Part shown: positions 1 through 8,688 of the stretch, piece by piece
Layout: each line of letters begins with the position of its first letter
Position numbering within the stretch: position 1 is the stretch's first letter
Assembly (NCBI RefSeq): GCF_001405015.1
Contig: NZ_CYZX01000008.1
Span: 58,133-90,132 of the forward strand
Origin: Clostridium disporicum
GTDB taxonomy: Bacteria; Bacillota; Clostridia; Clostridiales; Clostridiaceae
Reading direction: 5' to 3'
DNA length: 32,000 nt
Made by a program: the position numbers and the translations under genes
The notes under the pieces: model-generated
The model's input: the letters and a program-made list of their open reading frames with translations, nothing else
The model's database searches: none
Told to the model about the DNA's origin: nothing

Positions 1-749
1 GTTACGCTTTAGCATTTAGAAATGTTTATACTTTTGGACCAACTTTCAGAGCTGAAAATTCAAATACAGCTAGACACGCTGCTGAATTCTGGATGGTTGA
101 ACCTGAAATAGCTTTTGCTGACTTACAAGATGATATGGAGTTAGCTGAAGCAATGTTAAAATACGTAATCAAATACGTTATGGATGAATGTCCTGAAGAA
201 ATGGCATTCTTTAATCAGTTTATAGAAAAAGGACTATTAGATAAATTAAATCACATAGTATCTTCTGATTTCGGAAAAGTTACTTATACTGAAGCAGTTG
301 AAATGTTAAAGAATTGTGGTAAGACTTTCGAATATCCAGTTGAATGGGGAATTGACCTTCAAACTGAACATGAAAGATATTTAACTGAAGAAATATTCAA
401 AAGACCAGTATTCGTTACTGACTATCCAAAAGACATTAAGGCATTCTATATGAGACTTAACGATGATGGAAAAACTGTTGCAGCAACTGACTGTTTAGTT
501 CCTGGAATAGGAGAAATCATCGGTGGAAGCCAAAGAGAAGAAAGACTTGATGTATTAAAGGCTAGAATGGCTGAATTAAATCTTAAAGAGGAAGATTACT
601 GGTGGTATTTAGAGCTTAGAAAATACGGAGAAACTAAGCATGCTGGATTTGGTCTTGGATTTGAAAGATTAATAATGTACATCACTGGTATGTCTAACAT
701 AAGAGACGTAATTCCATTCCCAAGAACAACTGGTCAATCAGACTTCTAA
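1..749 (+). CDS. asnS: asparagine--tRNA ligase, C-terminal part (5' end outside window)
   Basis: The frame starting at nt 3 is open from the window edge. Translation gives [38 protein letters not shown] ... GGSQREER ... GFGLGFERL, which are class IIb aaRS motifs 2/3 typical of AsnRS. Stop at 747-749. Confidence 0.9.
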   Translation, partial: YALAFRNVYTFGPTFRAENSNTARHAAEFWMVEPEIAFADLQDDMELAEAMLKYVIKYVMDECPEEMAFFNQFIEKGLLDKLNHIVSSDFGKVTYTEAVEMLKNCGKTFEYPVEWGIDLQTEHERYLTEEIFKRPVFVTDYPKDIKAFYMRLNDDGKTVAATDCLVPGIGEIIGGSQREERLDVLKARMAELNLKEEDYWWYLELRKYGETKHAGFGLGFERLIMYITGMSNIRDVIPFPRTTGQSDF

Positions 750-754
750 AAAAA

Positions 755-783
755 TAGAGCCCTAAAAGGGTTCTATTTTTTTA
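755..783 (+). terminator. intrinsic terminator of asnS
   Basis: Stem tagagccc/gggttcta (8 bp, one G-U), loop taaaa, followed by a long T run. Confidence 0.7.
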
Positions 784-895
784 ACTTTTTTTATTTTTTT
801 ACAAATATGTTGTATATAAATTCTAATTTAAGTCCATACTTATAATGTAATAACAACTTGCATTTAATGCAGGTCCCATCCCCCCATTATTAATG

Positions 896-919
896 AAAAA
901 GCGCGCAAGCGCTTTTTTT
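896..919. terminator. bidirectional GC-rich hairpin terminator (serves nrdG on the minus strand)
   Basis: aaaaAGCGC-gcaa-GCGCTttttttt: GNRA loop, with an A run 5' and a T run 3', so a U tract follows on either strand. Confidence 0.7.
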
Positions 920-967
920 GTGTTCTTTTATAATAATCCATCTAAAAACTTAGTTATTAAGCAAATT

Positions 968-1498
968 CTAATATTCTAAAATAGATATTTTGTCTCTAAA
1001 TAAGCTCTCTTTTACATCTATTATTCTTTGATTACTAGACCCTCTAAATCTAAGTCCATCCTCCTTTTTATCCAATTGAAATTTTCCATCTACTAATACA
1101 TCAATATTTTCAAGCAATTCTCTAACTTCATTATCATTTTCCATCTTTTCTAATAGACTCTCAAATGTATATCCTGTATAACACCATATATTTAATCCAG
1201 CATCTTTAAAAGCCTTAGCCATATATGCAAATTTATCTGCTTGTTCTAAAGGGTCTCCTCCACTAAAAGTTACACCTTTTATCATTTTATTTTTTAATAC
1301 ATCTTCTATAAGCTCATCCATATTTCTTACTTCTCCACCTGAAAAGTCATGTGTTTCTGGATTAAAACAACCTTCACAATTATGTTTACAACCTTGTGAA
1401 AAAAATACTCTTCTCATTCCCGGTCCATTTACTAAACTTTCATAAGCAATACCTGATAATCTTACTTCCTTTACCAATATAACCACCTCATATATCAT
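968..1498 (-). CDS. nrdG: anaerobic ribonucleoside-triphosphate reductase activating protein (radical SAM)
   Basis: CKHNCEGC (CxxxCxxC) radical-SAM cluster motif, NrdG-like length, adjacent to nrdD. ATG 1498 has no SD. TTG at 1477 sits 5 nt after GAGGTGG and is the more likely start. Confidence 0.88.
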   Translation of the reverse strand: MIYEVVILVKEVRLSGIAYESLVNGPGMRRVFFSQGCKHNCEGCFNPETHDFSGGEVRNMDELIEDVLKNKMIKGVTFSGGDPLEQADKFAYMAKAFKDAGLNIWCYTGYTFESLLEKMENDNEVRELLENIDVLVDGKFQLDKKEDGLRFRGSSNQRIIDVKESLFRDKISILEY

Positions 1499-1698
1499 TA
1501 AACCTATTTATTCTTAGCTAATTAATATATCTGCAAAACTCTTCAACAACTTTTATCGTAGATACAGTTTCACCTAAATCTATTATTAACTTTATCTACG
1601 ACACTCATAACCTCCCTATCTTAATTTTAAAATATATTATTGTATTATTTTGACTTTATCCATATTTTTAAAAACACTAAACTAACTATAATAATTAT

Positions 1699-1737
1699 TA
1701 AAAAAATAAAGTTACCTACATTAATGCTAGTAACTTT
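1699..1737 (-). terminator. intrinsic terminator or attenuator directly after nrdD
   Basis: Minus-strand hairpin aaagttac...gtaacttt (8 bp plus inner pairs), followed by atttttttaa. Confidence 0.55.
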
Positions 1738-1753
1738 ATTTCTTTGAAATCAT

Positions 1754-3865
1754 CTATTTATAAGAATTTTTCTTTCCGCTAAAATGACAATACCTATCTT
1801 GTCTTTCTTCATATTTTCCTGGGCCAAACCTTTCATCTAAACTTAAATATCCTGTTACTCTGGATACTCCTTGAATATTACTTCCTTTGCAGTTTGGACA
1901 AGTTACTTCATGACTAAATAAATAATTACCACAATCCTTGCAATATCTTATATGAAAATTTATTCCTACATAGCTTATATTAGTTTCTTTATAAGCATAG
2001 TTTAATATATCCATGATAGTCTCCGGTGATGGCCTATCATCAACTTCTATATAAGATATATGTCCTGCGTTACAAAGCTTATGATAAGGTGCTTCAATAT
2101 CAATTTTATCCTTTATTGATATTGGGTATTTTACTGGTATGTGATAACTATTAGTGTAATATTCCTTATCCGTTACACCTTCTATAATTCCATAAACCTT
2201 TTTATCATTTTTTATAAATTTTCCTGATAAGCCTTCTGCTGGAGTAGCATAACAGCTCCAATTTAAATTAGTCTCCTCAACTAATCTATCTGTATATTGC
2301 CTAATAAAACCTACTATCTTTAGTCCTAATTCTCTTGACTCTTTACTCTCACCATGATGCTTTCCAGTTAAAGCAACTAGTGCTTCAGCAAGGCCTATAA
2401 AACCAATTCCCCAAGTTCCTTGCTTTAATATTGGTTCAATAGAATCATCCTCTTTTAACCCTTCTGAGCCCCTTAGTAGTCCTTGACCTGCTACAAAAGG
2501 TAAGTCCTTAACTTTAAGATTTTTAAGAACTCCATATCTATTTAGGAGTGCTTCTTTTGCTAATGATAATCTTTGTTGTAATATTTCAAAAAACTTATCA
2601 ATATTTTTTCCTGATTCTATAGCTACTCTTGGAAGGTTTATTGTAACTGGTGCTATATTTCCTCTTCCTTTACAACCTGGCTCTCCATTAACATTTTTCA
2701 TTAAATAAGTCCTACATCCCATAGTTGCTGGCATATATCCCTTATCATAAAATTCTTTATTGAAATCTGCATCTATATTCATAAATGTAGGATTCATTCT
2801 TTTAGATGCTACTCTACATGCTAATTGATATAGATAATGATATGGATCTTTAGGCTCCCTATTTACACCTTCTTTTACTCTAAAAATGATATTAGGGAAT
2901 ATAGGTTGTTCTCCCTTTCCTAATCCTTTTTCATATTCTTCTAAAAATGCTTCGCATACAAGTGCAGCATCTCTTGTATATGGAATACCTAAATTTATAG
3001 AACTAAATGGAACCTGTGATCCTGCACGAGAATGCATAGTATTTAGATTAAATACTATTCCTTGCATAGCTTGATGAATTCTCTTATTTAATTTTTTTTC
3101 TACTAATTCATCTAATCTTTCCTCGTCAATTCCAAGCTCCTCTAATTCCTTTCTTATTTCTTGTCTTGTAGGTTCTATGAATACACTTATATCGTTATCG
3201 AAATCTGGATGAGATTGACCTCCAAACATATCATTTTGACTTGATTGAAGTAATATGCAAGAAAGTTCCGCTGCAGTTTCTATTCTTTTTGGAGGACATA
3301 TTGTTCCATAACCTGTATTAAAGCCTTTTTCCAAAATCTCTTTTGTTGGTATATGAAGACAATTTATTGTAAGATTATAAGAGTCTAAATCATGAAAATA
3401 TAACTCTCCATTTTCATGTGCCTTTGCTAAGTGCTTAGGCATAGTAGCTAAATTGTGCCATTTATTAGATTCAGAAGCTATTCTCAATAACTTTGAACTA
3501 AAATTATTCCCAACATTCGCGTTATCTCTATCAGTTTCGATTCCTATCTTATTAATCGCTTTCATCAAATCTGATTTTATCTCTCTAACTCGTGTTCTTT
3601 CAATTCTGTAAGTTGAATATACCTTTTGAATTTTTTCATATCCGCTATCATTTAAAGCTTTTTCAACTAAATTTTGTACTTCTTCTACAGATACTTTTTC
3701 TTTTCCAGTCATCTCTATATAATTTATAGCTTTTTGTACGATATCTAATACTTGGCTTTCTCTAAGGTTATATTCAATCTCCTTAGCAGCTTTTTTTATA
3801 GCATTAGCAATTTTATCTGAATTAAATCTTACTTCTCTACCATCCCTCTTTACCACATATAGCAT
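1754..3865 (-). CDS. nrdD: anaerobic ribonucleoside-triphosphate reductase, class III
   Basis: N-terminal ATP-cone (MLYVVKRDGREVRFNSDKI), C-terminal Zn ribbon CKDCG...CPNCKG, and glycyl-radical motif RVTGYL. The ORF-track start 3874 is a GTG inside the SD. ATG 3865 lies 8 nt after AGGGAG. Confidence 0.95.
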   Translation of the reverse strand: MLYVVKRDGREVRFNSDKIANAIKKAAKEIEYNLRESQVLDIVQKAINYIEMTGKEKVSVEEVQNLVEKALNDSGYEKIQKVYSTYRIERTRVREIKSDLMKAINKIGIETDRDNANVGNNFSSKLLRIASESNKWHNLATMPKHLAKAHENGELYFHDLDSYNLTINCLHIPTKEILEKGFNTGYGTICPPKRIETAAELSCILLQSSQNDMFGGQSHPDFDNDISVFIEPTRQEIRKELEELGIDEERLDELVEKKLNKRIHQAMQGIVFNLNTMHSRAGSQVPFSSINLGIPYTRDAALVCEAFLEEYEKGLGKGEQPIFPNIIFRVKEGVNREPKDPYHYLYQLACRVASKRMNPTFMNIDADFNKEFYDKGYMPATMGCRTYLMKNVNGEPGCKGRGNIAPVTINLPRVAIESGKNIDKFFEILQQRLSLAKEALLNRYGVLKNLKVKDLPFVAGQGLLRGSEGLKEDDSIEPILKQGTWGIGFIGLAEALVALTGKHHGESKESRELGLKIVGFIRQYTDRLVEETNLNWSCYATPAEGLSGKFIKNDKKVYGIIEGVTDKEYYTNSYHIPVKYPISIKDKIDIEAPYHKLCNAGHISYIEVDDRPSPETIMDILNYAYKETNISYVGINFHIRYCKDCGNYLFSHEVTCPNCKGSNIQGVSRVTGYLSLDERFGPGKYEERQDRYCHFSGKKNSYK

Positions 3866-3880
3866 TTTCTTCACTCCCTA

Positions 3881-3896
3881 CACACAATATCTTGTA
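3881..3896 (-). promoter_or_regulatory. candidate NrdR box
   Basis: The minus strand reads tACAAGATATTGTGTg, close to the NrdR-box palindrome acaCwAtATaTwgtgt. It begins 6 nt downstream of the predicted -10 of nrdD. Confidence 0.5.
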
Positions 3897-3901
3897 TTAT
3901 A

Positions 3902-3930
3902 ATTATAATTTTTTTAAAATTTTAAAGCAA
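3902..3930 (-). promoter_or_regulatory. sigma-A type promoter of nrdD
   Basis: Minus strand: TTGCTT-17 nt-TATAAT. Confidence 0.55.
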
Positions 3931-4057
3931 TTTCGATTTACCTATATATCTGGTAATCTAGCCTTATTTTTGAATGTTTTTTTATTTTATCTTCCTTTTT
4001 TAACACTTATTAAATATGTCTATTTTATTTTAAATTGTACAAAATATATAACAGATA

Positions 4058-4100
4058 TTATCAATACTGATAACTATATATACATTATCAATATTGATAA
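4058..4100 (+). promoter_or_regulatory. twin 16-bp palindromic operator-like sites
   Basis: TTATCAATACTGATAA (4058-4073, 7 of 8 pairs) and TTATCAATATTGATAA (4085-4100, perfect), with starts 27 bp apart. The second overlaps the -35 of the degV promoter. Confidence 0.45.
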
Positions 4101-4121
4101 TGATATCTTTTATGATATAAT
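4094..4121 (+). promoter_or_regulatory. promoter of the degV-padR operon (extended -10)
   Basis: TTGATA-16 nt-TATAAT, preceded by TGa (TGnTATAAT). Confidence 0.55.
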
Positions 4122-4153
4122 AAAATTAATAAAATAATTTCGGAGGATTAATT

Positions 4154-4999
4154 ATGCAAAAAATTGCTTTAATAACCGATAGCGGTAGTGACCTAAGCTT
4201 AGAAGAACTTAGAGAATATAATGTAAACTTATTACCACTTAGAATTTCTTATTCTACTGGTGAATATCAAGATAAAATAGATATAAAAGCTAGTGATGTT
4301 TATGCGAACTTAGATAAAGAGGTACCAAAAACATCTTTACCAAGCCCAGAAACAACTGAAAAAATACTAACTAAATTAGAAGAAGAAGGATATACTCATG
4401 TAATAGCAATATGTATATCTGGTGGTCTTTCTGGAACAGCTAATTCATTAAGATTAAGCTTAGAAGATCATCCTAACCTTACTTCTTATGTTTACGATAC
4501 TAAAATCTTAGCTTATCCTGAAGGTGAAATAGTTATAGAAGTATCAAAGCTTATAAAATCTGGAAAAACTTTCGAAGAAATAATCGAAGCTCTACCTAAA
4601 ATTCGTGAAAAAATAACTGGTTACTTTACTATAGATACCTTAGAATATTTAAAAAAGGGTGGAAGAATCGGAAGAGTTGCCGGAACTCTTGGAGAAATGT
4701 TAAATTTAAAACCTATAATTACAACAGATGAAAATGGTGTATACTACAATATTGTTAAAGCTAGAGGCAGAAAACAAGCTTTATCAAAACTTACTGATAT
4801 ATTAAAAACACACCTTGCAAAAAACAAATGTGATGTAACTGTACTTCAAGGTGGTTGTGAAGCTGAAGCCATCAAATACATGGAGTCATTAAAAGGATTA
4901 GACAACATTAATAGCTTAAAACTTTCTGAAATCAGTCCTGCTCTTGGTGTACATGGCGGTCCAGGATTAATGGGCTTCTGTGTAAAGGTTGTTGATTAA
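4154..4999 (+). CDS. DegV family fatty-acid-binding protein
   Basis: IALITDSGSDL N-terminus and overall DegV-like sequence. SD GGAGGA lies 6 nt upstream. Confidence 0.9.
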   Translation: MQKIALITDSGSDLSLEELREYNVNLLPLRISYSTGEYQDKIDIKASDVYANLDKEVPKTSLPSPETTEKILTKLEEEGYTHVIAICISGGLSGTANSLRLSLEDHPNLTSYVYDTKILAYPEGEIVIEVSKLIKSGKTFEEIIEALPKIREKITGYFTIDTLEYLKKGGRIGRVAGTLGEMLNLKPIITTDENGVYYNIVKARGRKQALSKLTDILKTHLAKNKCDVTVLQGGCEAEAIKYMESLKGLDNINSLKLSEISPALGVHGGPGLMGFCVKVVD

Positions 5000-5004
5000 T
5001 AATT

Positions 5005-5460
5005 ATGGCTAATTATGATTTTAGCAACATAGAAGATCTAAAGGCAGAAGAAAAGAGGCTCCATGAAGAGTATAAGCAAAAACTTTCTGAACTAAAAAAG
5101 GTTCAGAAAGAAAAAGAAGCTGTTGGGCAAGTATTCGCTAAAGGACTTTTACCTATATATGTTTTATATATATTAAGTATGGGACCTACTAACGGCAACG
5201 ATATATCAACAAAAATATCTGAAAGAACAAAAGGACTTTGGTCTCCTAGTACTGGTGGTATATATCCATTATTAAAAAAGCTAGAAAAAGAAGGCCTAGT
5301 TGTTGGTGAATGGAATGATTTAAAAAAGAAAACTCAAAAATTGTATTCTTTAACTCCTCTGGGTGAAAAGGAGTTTTCTTACAGAAAATCTTTATTAAAG
5401 CCAAAGATTGAAGAATCTTTAAAAGTATTTAGATTAGTTTATGGTGATTTGTATTTATAA
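5005..5460 (+). CDS. PadR family transcriptional regulator with N-terminal coiled-coil extension
   Basis: Winged-helix core LPIYVLYILSMGPTNGNDIS...GGIYPLLKKLEKEGLV...KLYSLTPLGEKEF is typical of PadR. It starts 5 nt after the degV stop (operon). Confidence 0.8.
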   Translation: MANYDFSNIEDLKAEEKRLHEEYKQKLSELKKVQKEKEAVGQVFAKGLLPIYVLYILSMGPTNGNDISTKISERTKGLWSPSTGGIYPLLKKLEKEGLVVGEWNDLKKKTQKLYSLTPLGEKEFSYRKSLLKPKIEESLKVFRLVYGDLYL

Positions 5461-5464
5461 ATTT

Positions 5465-5500
5465 TACACTTAAGGGAAAACCTTAGGTGTATTTTTTTTT
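5465..5500 (+). terminator. intrinsic terminator of degV-padR
   Basis: tacacttaagg-gaaaa-ccttaggtgta, followed by T9. Confidence 0.8.
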
Positions 5501-5544
5501 AAAATTACATAAACTAACACAAAGTTATCTAAGGAGGAATAAAT

Positions 5545-5748
5545 ATGAAAGGAACTATTTTAGATTATACACCAACGGAAGTATTTGTCTTATTAGAAGA
5601 TGACTCAGTTGTTACTCTACCATTATCATCATTCAGCCATACATCTCCAATAGGTAGTAATATAAGTTTAGATAGATTGTACAACGGCACTTATAGTATT
5701 AATTATAAACCTTCTAACATACATGATAAATCTATTGACTTTTTTTAG
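5545..5748 (+). CDS. small hypothetical protein (67 aa)
   Basis: Strong SD AAGGAGGA 6 nt upstream of the ATG. The N-terminus (MKGTILDYTPTEVFVLLEDDSVV) faintly resembles RsgI-type anti-sigma N-terminal domains. No confident family call. Confidence 0.55.
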   Translation: MKGTILDYTPTEVFVLLEDDSVVTLPLSSFSHTSPIGSNISLDRLYNGTYSINYKPSNIHDKSIDFF

Positions 5749-5763
5749 CAATTTATATAATAT
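5735..5763 (+). promoter_or_regulatory. promoter of the TPP riboswitch-thiT unit
   Basis: TTGACT, followed by TATAAT (15-nt spacer) or TAATAT (17-nt spacer). Confidence 0.5.
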
Positions 5764-5765
5764 AT

Positions 5766-5868
5766 CTTATATAAGGTGCTAGGGGTGCCAATTGGCTGAG
5801 AGATGATTTTATCATTAACCCTTCTTTACCTGATCTGGGTAATACCAGCGTAGGGAAGCTATATACGG
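5766..5868 (+). promoter_or_regulatory. TPP (THI-box) riboswitch
   Basis: Conserved cores ctAGGGGTGCc...GCTGAGA...ACCCTTcttTACCTGATCTGGgTAATACCAGCGTAGGGAAgc. Confidence 0.92.
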
Positions 5869-5893
5869 ATTTTTATTATTTTCGTTTAACTGG

Positions 5894-5926
5894 TACCTCT
5901 TGCGCAAAACAAGGAGGTATTTTTTT
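5894..5926 (+). terminator. riboswitch expression platform: terminator hairpin that also sequesters the thiT SD
   Basis: tacctcttg-cgcaaaa-caaggaggta, followed by T7. The 3' arm contains the AAGGAGG SD of thiT. Confidence 0.75.
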
Positions 5927-6580
5927 ATGACAAATTTTCTAGCAACCTTATCAGAAAATTTTAAAACACTATTTAGTAGTCCATTAACACTACTAACATT
6001 ACTTGCATGCGGTATTTTACTAATTGCATTTATCAAATTTAAATCTATAAAATTTAATGCTCAACTTATGGCTAGAATTGGACTAGCTTTAGCATTAGCT
6101 ATCATATTAGATATGATAAAGCTTTACACATTCCCTAATGGTGGTGGAAGCGTATCTCTTGGTAGCATGATTCCTATATTTATAATCTCATATGTTTATG
6201 GACCATCTGTTGGGATATTTACAGGATTCCTTTTTGGCTTATTAAAGCTAATGATTAATCCGTATATATTAAGTCCTATTCAAGTACTATTTGATTATCC
6301 TCTTCCATTTATGGCTGTAGGGATAGCTGGCTTCTTTAGGGATAAAAAACTAATTGGAGCTACTGTAGGAATGTTTTTAAGATTTATATGCCACTTTATT
6401 TCTGGAGTTGTTTTCTTTGGTGAATATGCACCTGCTGGTATGTCTCCTGCAATATATTCATTAGCAGTAAATGGTCCAGCTGTAGGTGTAGAACTTTTAA
6501 TTTGTTTAGTAATATTAGGATTACTACCTTTAAATCAAATATTAAAAACACTTAATCCAAGTTCAAATATTAATATATAA
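5927..6580 (+). CDS. thiT: thiamine ECF-transporter S component ThiT
   Basis: Polytopic membrane protein directly behind the TPP riboswitch. The ORF-track start 5900 is a TTG inside the terminator stem. ATG 5927 follows AAGGAGG. Confidence 0.85.
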   Translation: MTNFLATLSENFKTLFSSPLTLLTLLACGILLIAFIKFKSIKFNAQLMARIGLALALAIILDMIKLYTFPNGGGSVSLGSMIPIFIISYVYGPSVGIFTGFLFGLLKLMINPYILSPIQVLFDYPLPFMAVGIAGFFRDKKLIGATVGMFLRFICHFISGVVFFGEYAPAGMSPAIYSLAVNGPAVGVELLICLVILGLLPLNQILKTLNPSSNINI

Positions 6581-6609
6581 AAAAAGATGCCCATTAGGCA
6601 TCTTTTTTT
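6579..6609. terminator. bidirectional terminator between convergent thiT and ferredoxin
   Basis: aaaaAAGATGCC-cattaGGCATCTTttttt: an A run and a T run flank an 8-bp stem. Confidence 0.8.
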
Positions 6610-6796
6610 AATCTACTGATATTGCACTTACTGGACAGCTATTAGCTGCATCTTGTGCTTCATCTTCTTTTCCTGCTGGAACTTCATCCACTATTGTATG
6701 TGCTTTTCCGTCATCATTCATATCAAATACTTCTGGACAGATTGATGGACACATTCCACATCCAATACAAGTTTCTTGATCTACGTTTGCTTTCAT
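6608..6796 (-). CDS. small ferredoxin (single Fe-S cluster type)
   Basis: CIGCGMCPSICP ... CP motif. ATG 6796 follows AGAGGTG. The GTG at 6805 in the ORF track lies inside the SD. Confidence 0.85.
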   Translation of the reverse strand: MKANVDQETCIGCGMCPSICPEVFDMNDDGKAHTIVDEVPAGKEDEAQDAANSCPVSAISVD

Positions 6797-6871
6797 AATT
6801 ATCACCTCTTATAAAAAATCACAATACTAATTTTCCCCAGATGGTGATTTTTATGTATCGCTTTTTACTTT

Positions 6872-7711
6872 TTAATATAATCCTTCAAAAATTAAACTAT
6901 ATAAGCTATTATCTTTTATATATTCCTCTGCTCTTCCTTCGTTGACAGCCTCAGTTAATTCTAAGTTTATAGGTAATTCTCCTAATAAAGGCAATCCTAA
7001 ATATTCTGCATGCTCCTCTGATGACTTATTGCTAAATACTTTTAATTTCTTATCACAATCTGTACATACTATATATGCCATATTCTCAATTAAACCTTTA
7101 ATTTTTATATTCATTTTCTCAGCCATAGATACTACTTTCTTAACTATCATAGAAACCATATCTTGTGGCGTTGATACTACTACAAGCTCATATATAGGAA
7201 AACTTTGCATTATAGTTAGCGTTATATCTGAAGTTCCTGGTGGCATATCAATTATTAAGTAATCTAATTCTCCCCAATTTGTATCAGTAAACATTTGAGT
7301 AAGAACTCCAGTTACTACTGGTCCTCTCCATATAACTGGCTCATCTTCCTTTGGTATTAAAAGATTCATAGACATTACTTTTATTCCACTCTTAGTTATA
7401 ACTGGTTCAAAAATCGCATTATTTTCATCCACAGCTATCATTCTAGCTCTTTGTTCATTTATACCAAAGAATCTTGGCATTGATGGTCCTGTTATATCGG
7501 CATCTAATACTCCAACCTTATATCCTTTTTTAGCTAAATTAACTGCTAAAATCCCTGATACTGTAGACTTTCCAACTCCACCTTTTCCACTTATAACTCC
7601 AATTACATTTTTTATTTTTCCATGTTTTATTGATATTTTTCCACAATTATTTTCTGCTGATTTACTAGCATTGCAGCTTGCTTTACTTGAACATGTTGAA
7701 CAATTTCCCAT
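6872..7711 (-). CDS. Mrp/NBP35/ApbC family Fe-S cluster carrier ATPase
   Basis: Deviant Walker A GKGGVGKST and a Cys-rich N-terminus. ATG 7711 lies 8 nt after AAGGAGG, which overlaps the upstream stop (translational coupling). ORF-track start 7756 rejected. Confidence 0.9.
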   Translation of the reverse strand: MGNCSTCSSKASCNASKSAENNCGKISIKHGKIKNVIGVISGKGGVGKSTVSGILAVNLAKKGYKVGVLDADITGPSMPRFFGINEQRARMIAVDENNAIFEPVITKSGIKVMSMNLLIPKEDEPVIWRGPVVTGVLTQMFTDTNWGELDYLIIDMPPGTSDITLTIMQSFPIYELVVVSTPQDMVSMIVKKVVSMAEKMNIKIKGLIENMAYIVCTDCDKKLKVFSNKSSEEHAEYLGLPLLGELPINLELTEAVNEGRAEEYIKDNSLYSLIFEGLY

Positions 7712-7724
7712 TTCTCTCTCCTCC

Positions 7725-8552
7725 TTACCAATCTTTAGGTTTATTGTTTGCTTCACTTACTTTAATATTCCATTCCTTAAATTCATTCACTGCAGTTATG
7801 AAATATTCATCAGTGTATTTTTGTATTCTATCATTAACAGTTATCTTCGTTTTATAATTTGTACTATCATATCCTCTATTTTTAACTGTTATTACTAAAT
7901 CAAAATTTTCATCATTGTTTTTTACTAAGTCTATATTAGGAGCTATTTTTCTAGCTTTTTCTAAAAAGCTCTTTAAATCAATTGAAAATACGTATTTTAA
8001 ACATTCAATATCTCCTTGAATATTTATTCCTATATTATAATCACTTAGCTTTATTTTATCTTTAATAACATTTAATACATCTAAAATTGATTGATAGTAT
8101 ATATAATCAAAATCTCTTGGTTTTCTTATAAATGAAAGATTCTGTATTATTCCTTCATCTAACCTCTTAGATGTTGTGAAAATATCATTATCATTGTAAA
8201 AATTACCTTCATCAGAACCAACTACATAATAAAAGTTTCTTACTTCTTCACCTATTTGAAATTCAAATATATAATCAGGCTCTAATGTTGACTTACTTTC
8301 GCTTACTTTTGATTTTGCTAAGAGTTGATACATATTTTTTATAGCACTATCCTCTGTTACAATAAACTTAAAACCTGGATCTCTAGTACTTTGAATACTA
8401 ATTTTACTTACATTATTATTATTTAAAAACTCAAAATACTCATTCCTAATTCCAAATTTTTTCTCTATACTTTCTATAGGATTACATCCTCCTAAGATAG
8501 TCATAGTTACTAGAAAAATTGATAACAAAGTTACTTTTGCTTTTCTTGTCAT
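7725..8552 (-). CDS. lipoprotein of unknown function
   Basis: Signal peptide with lipobox TILGG-C (MTRKAKVTLLSIFLVTMTILGGC). Confidence 0.7.
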   Translation of the reverse strand: MTRKAKVTLLSIFLVTMTILGGCNPIESIEKKFGIRNEYFEFLNNNNVSKISIQSTRDPGFKFIVTEDSAIKNMYQLLAKSKVSESKSTLEPDYIFEFQIGEEVRNFYYVVGSDEGNFYNDNDIFTTSKRLDEGIIQNLSFIRKPRDFDYIYYQSILDVLNVIKDKIKLSDYNIGINIQGDIECLKYVFSIDLKSFLEKARKIAPNIDLVKNNDENFDLVITVKNRGYDSTNYKTKITVNDRIQKYTDEYFITAVNEFKEWNIKVSEANNKPKDW

Positions 8553-8585
8553 TTTTTTCTCCTTTATATACCTTTTAATTAAAGT

Positions 8586-8617
8586 AATTAGGAGAAGTAT
8601 AAATACTTCTCCTAATT
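8586..8617 (-). terminator. strong hairpin downstream of the 8689 gene (probable terminator)
   Basis: aattaggagaagta / tacttctcctaatt, about 13-bp perfect stem. The trailing U tract is weak. Confidence 0.5.
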
Positions 8618-8688
8618 ATAAATAATTATAATACTTTAATTAATTAATCGCAAACATTAATGTTACATATTTCCTATACATTTCCCAA

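Noticed and set aside
3940-3955. Second NrdR box (ACCTATATATCTGGTA).
   Set aside because: It matches the consensus only weakly, and the roughly 59-bp centre-to-centre distance from the good box is not the usual tandem spacing of about 31 bp. It is mentioned in the nrdD/nrdG finding but not listed as a feature.
3892-4137. 81-aa plus-strand ORF in the nrdD/degV intergenic region.
   Set aside because: Extreme low-complexity I/F/Y/N-rich translation of AT-rich promoter DNA, with no SD. It overlaps predicted promoters and operators.
5815-6036. 73-aa minus-strand ORF overlapping the TPP riboswitch and the thiT start.
   Set aside because: It overlaps a confidently identified riboswitch and CDS on the opposite strand, and has no SD.
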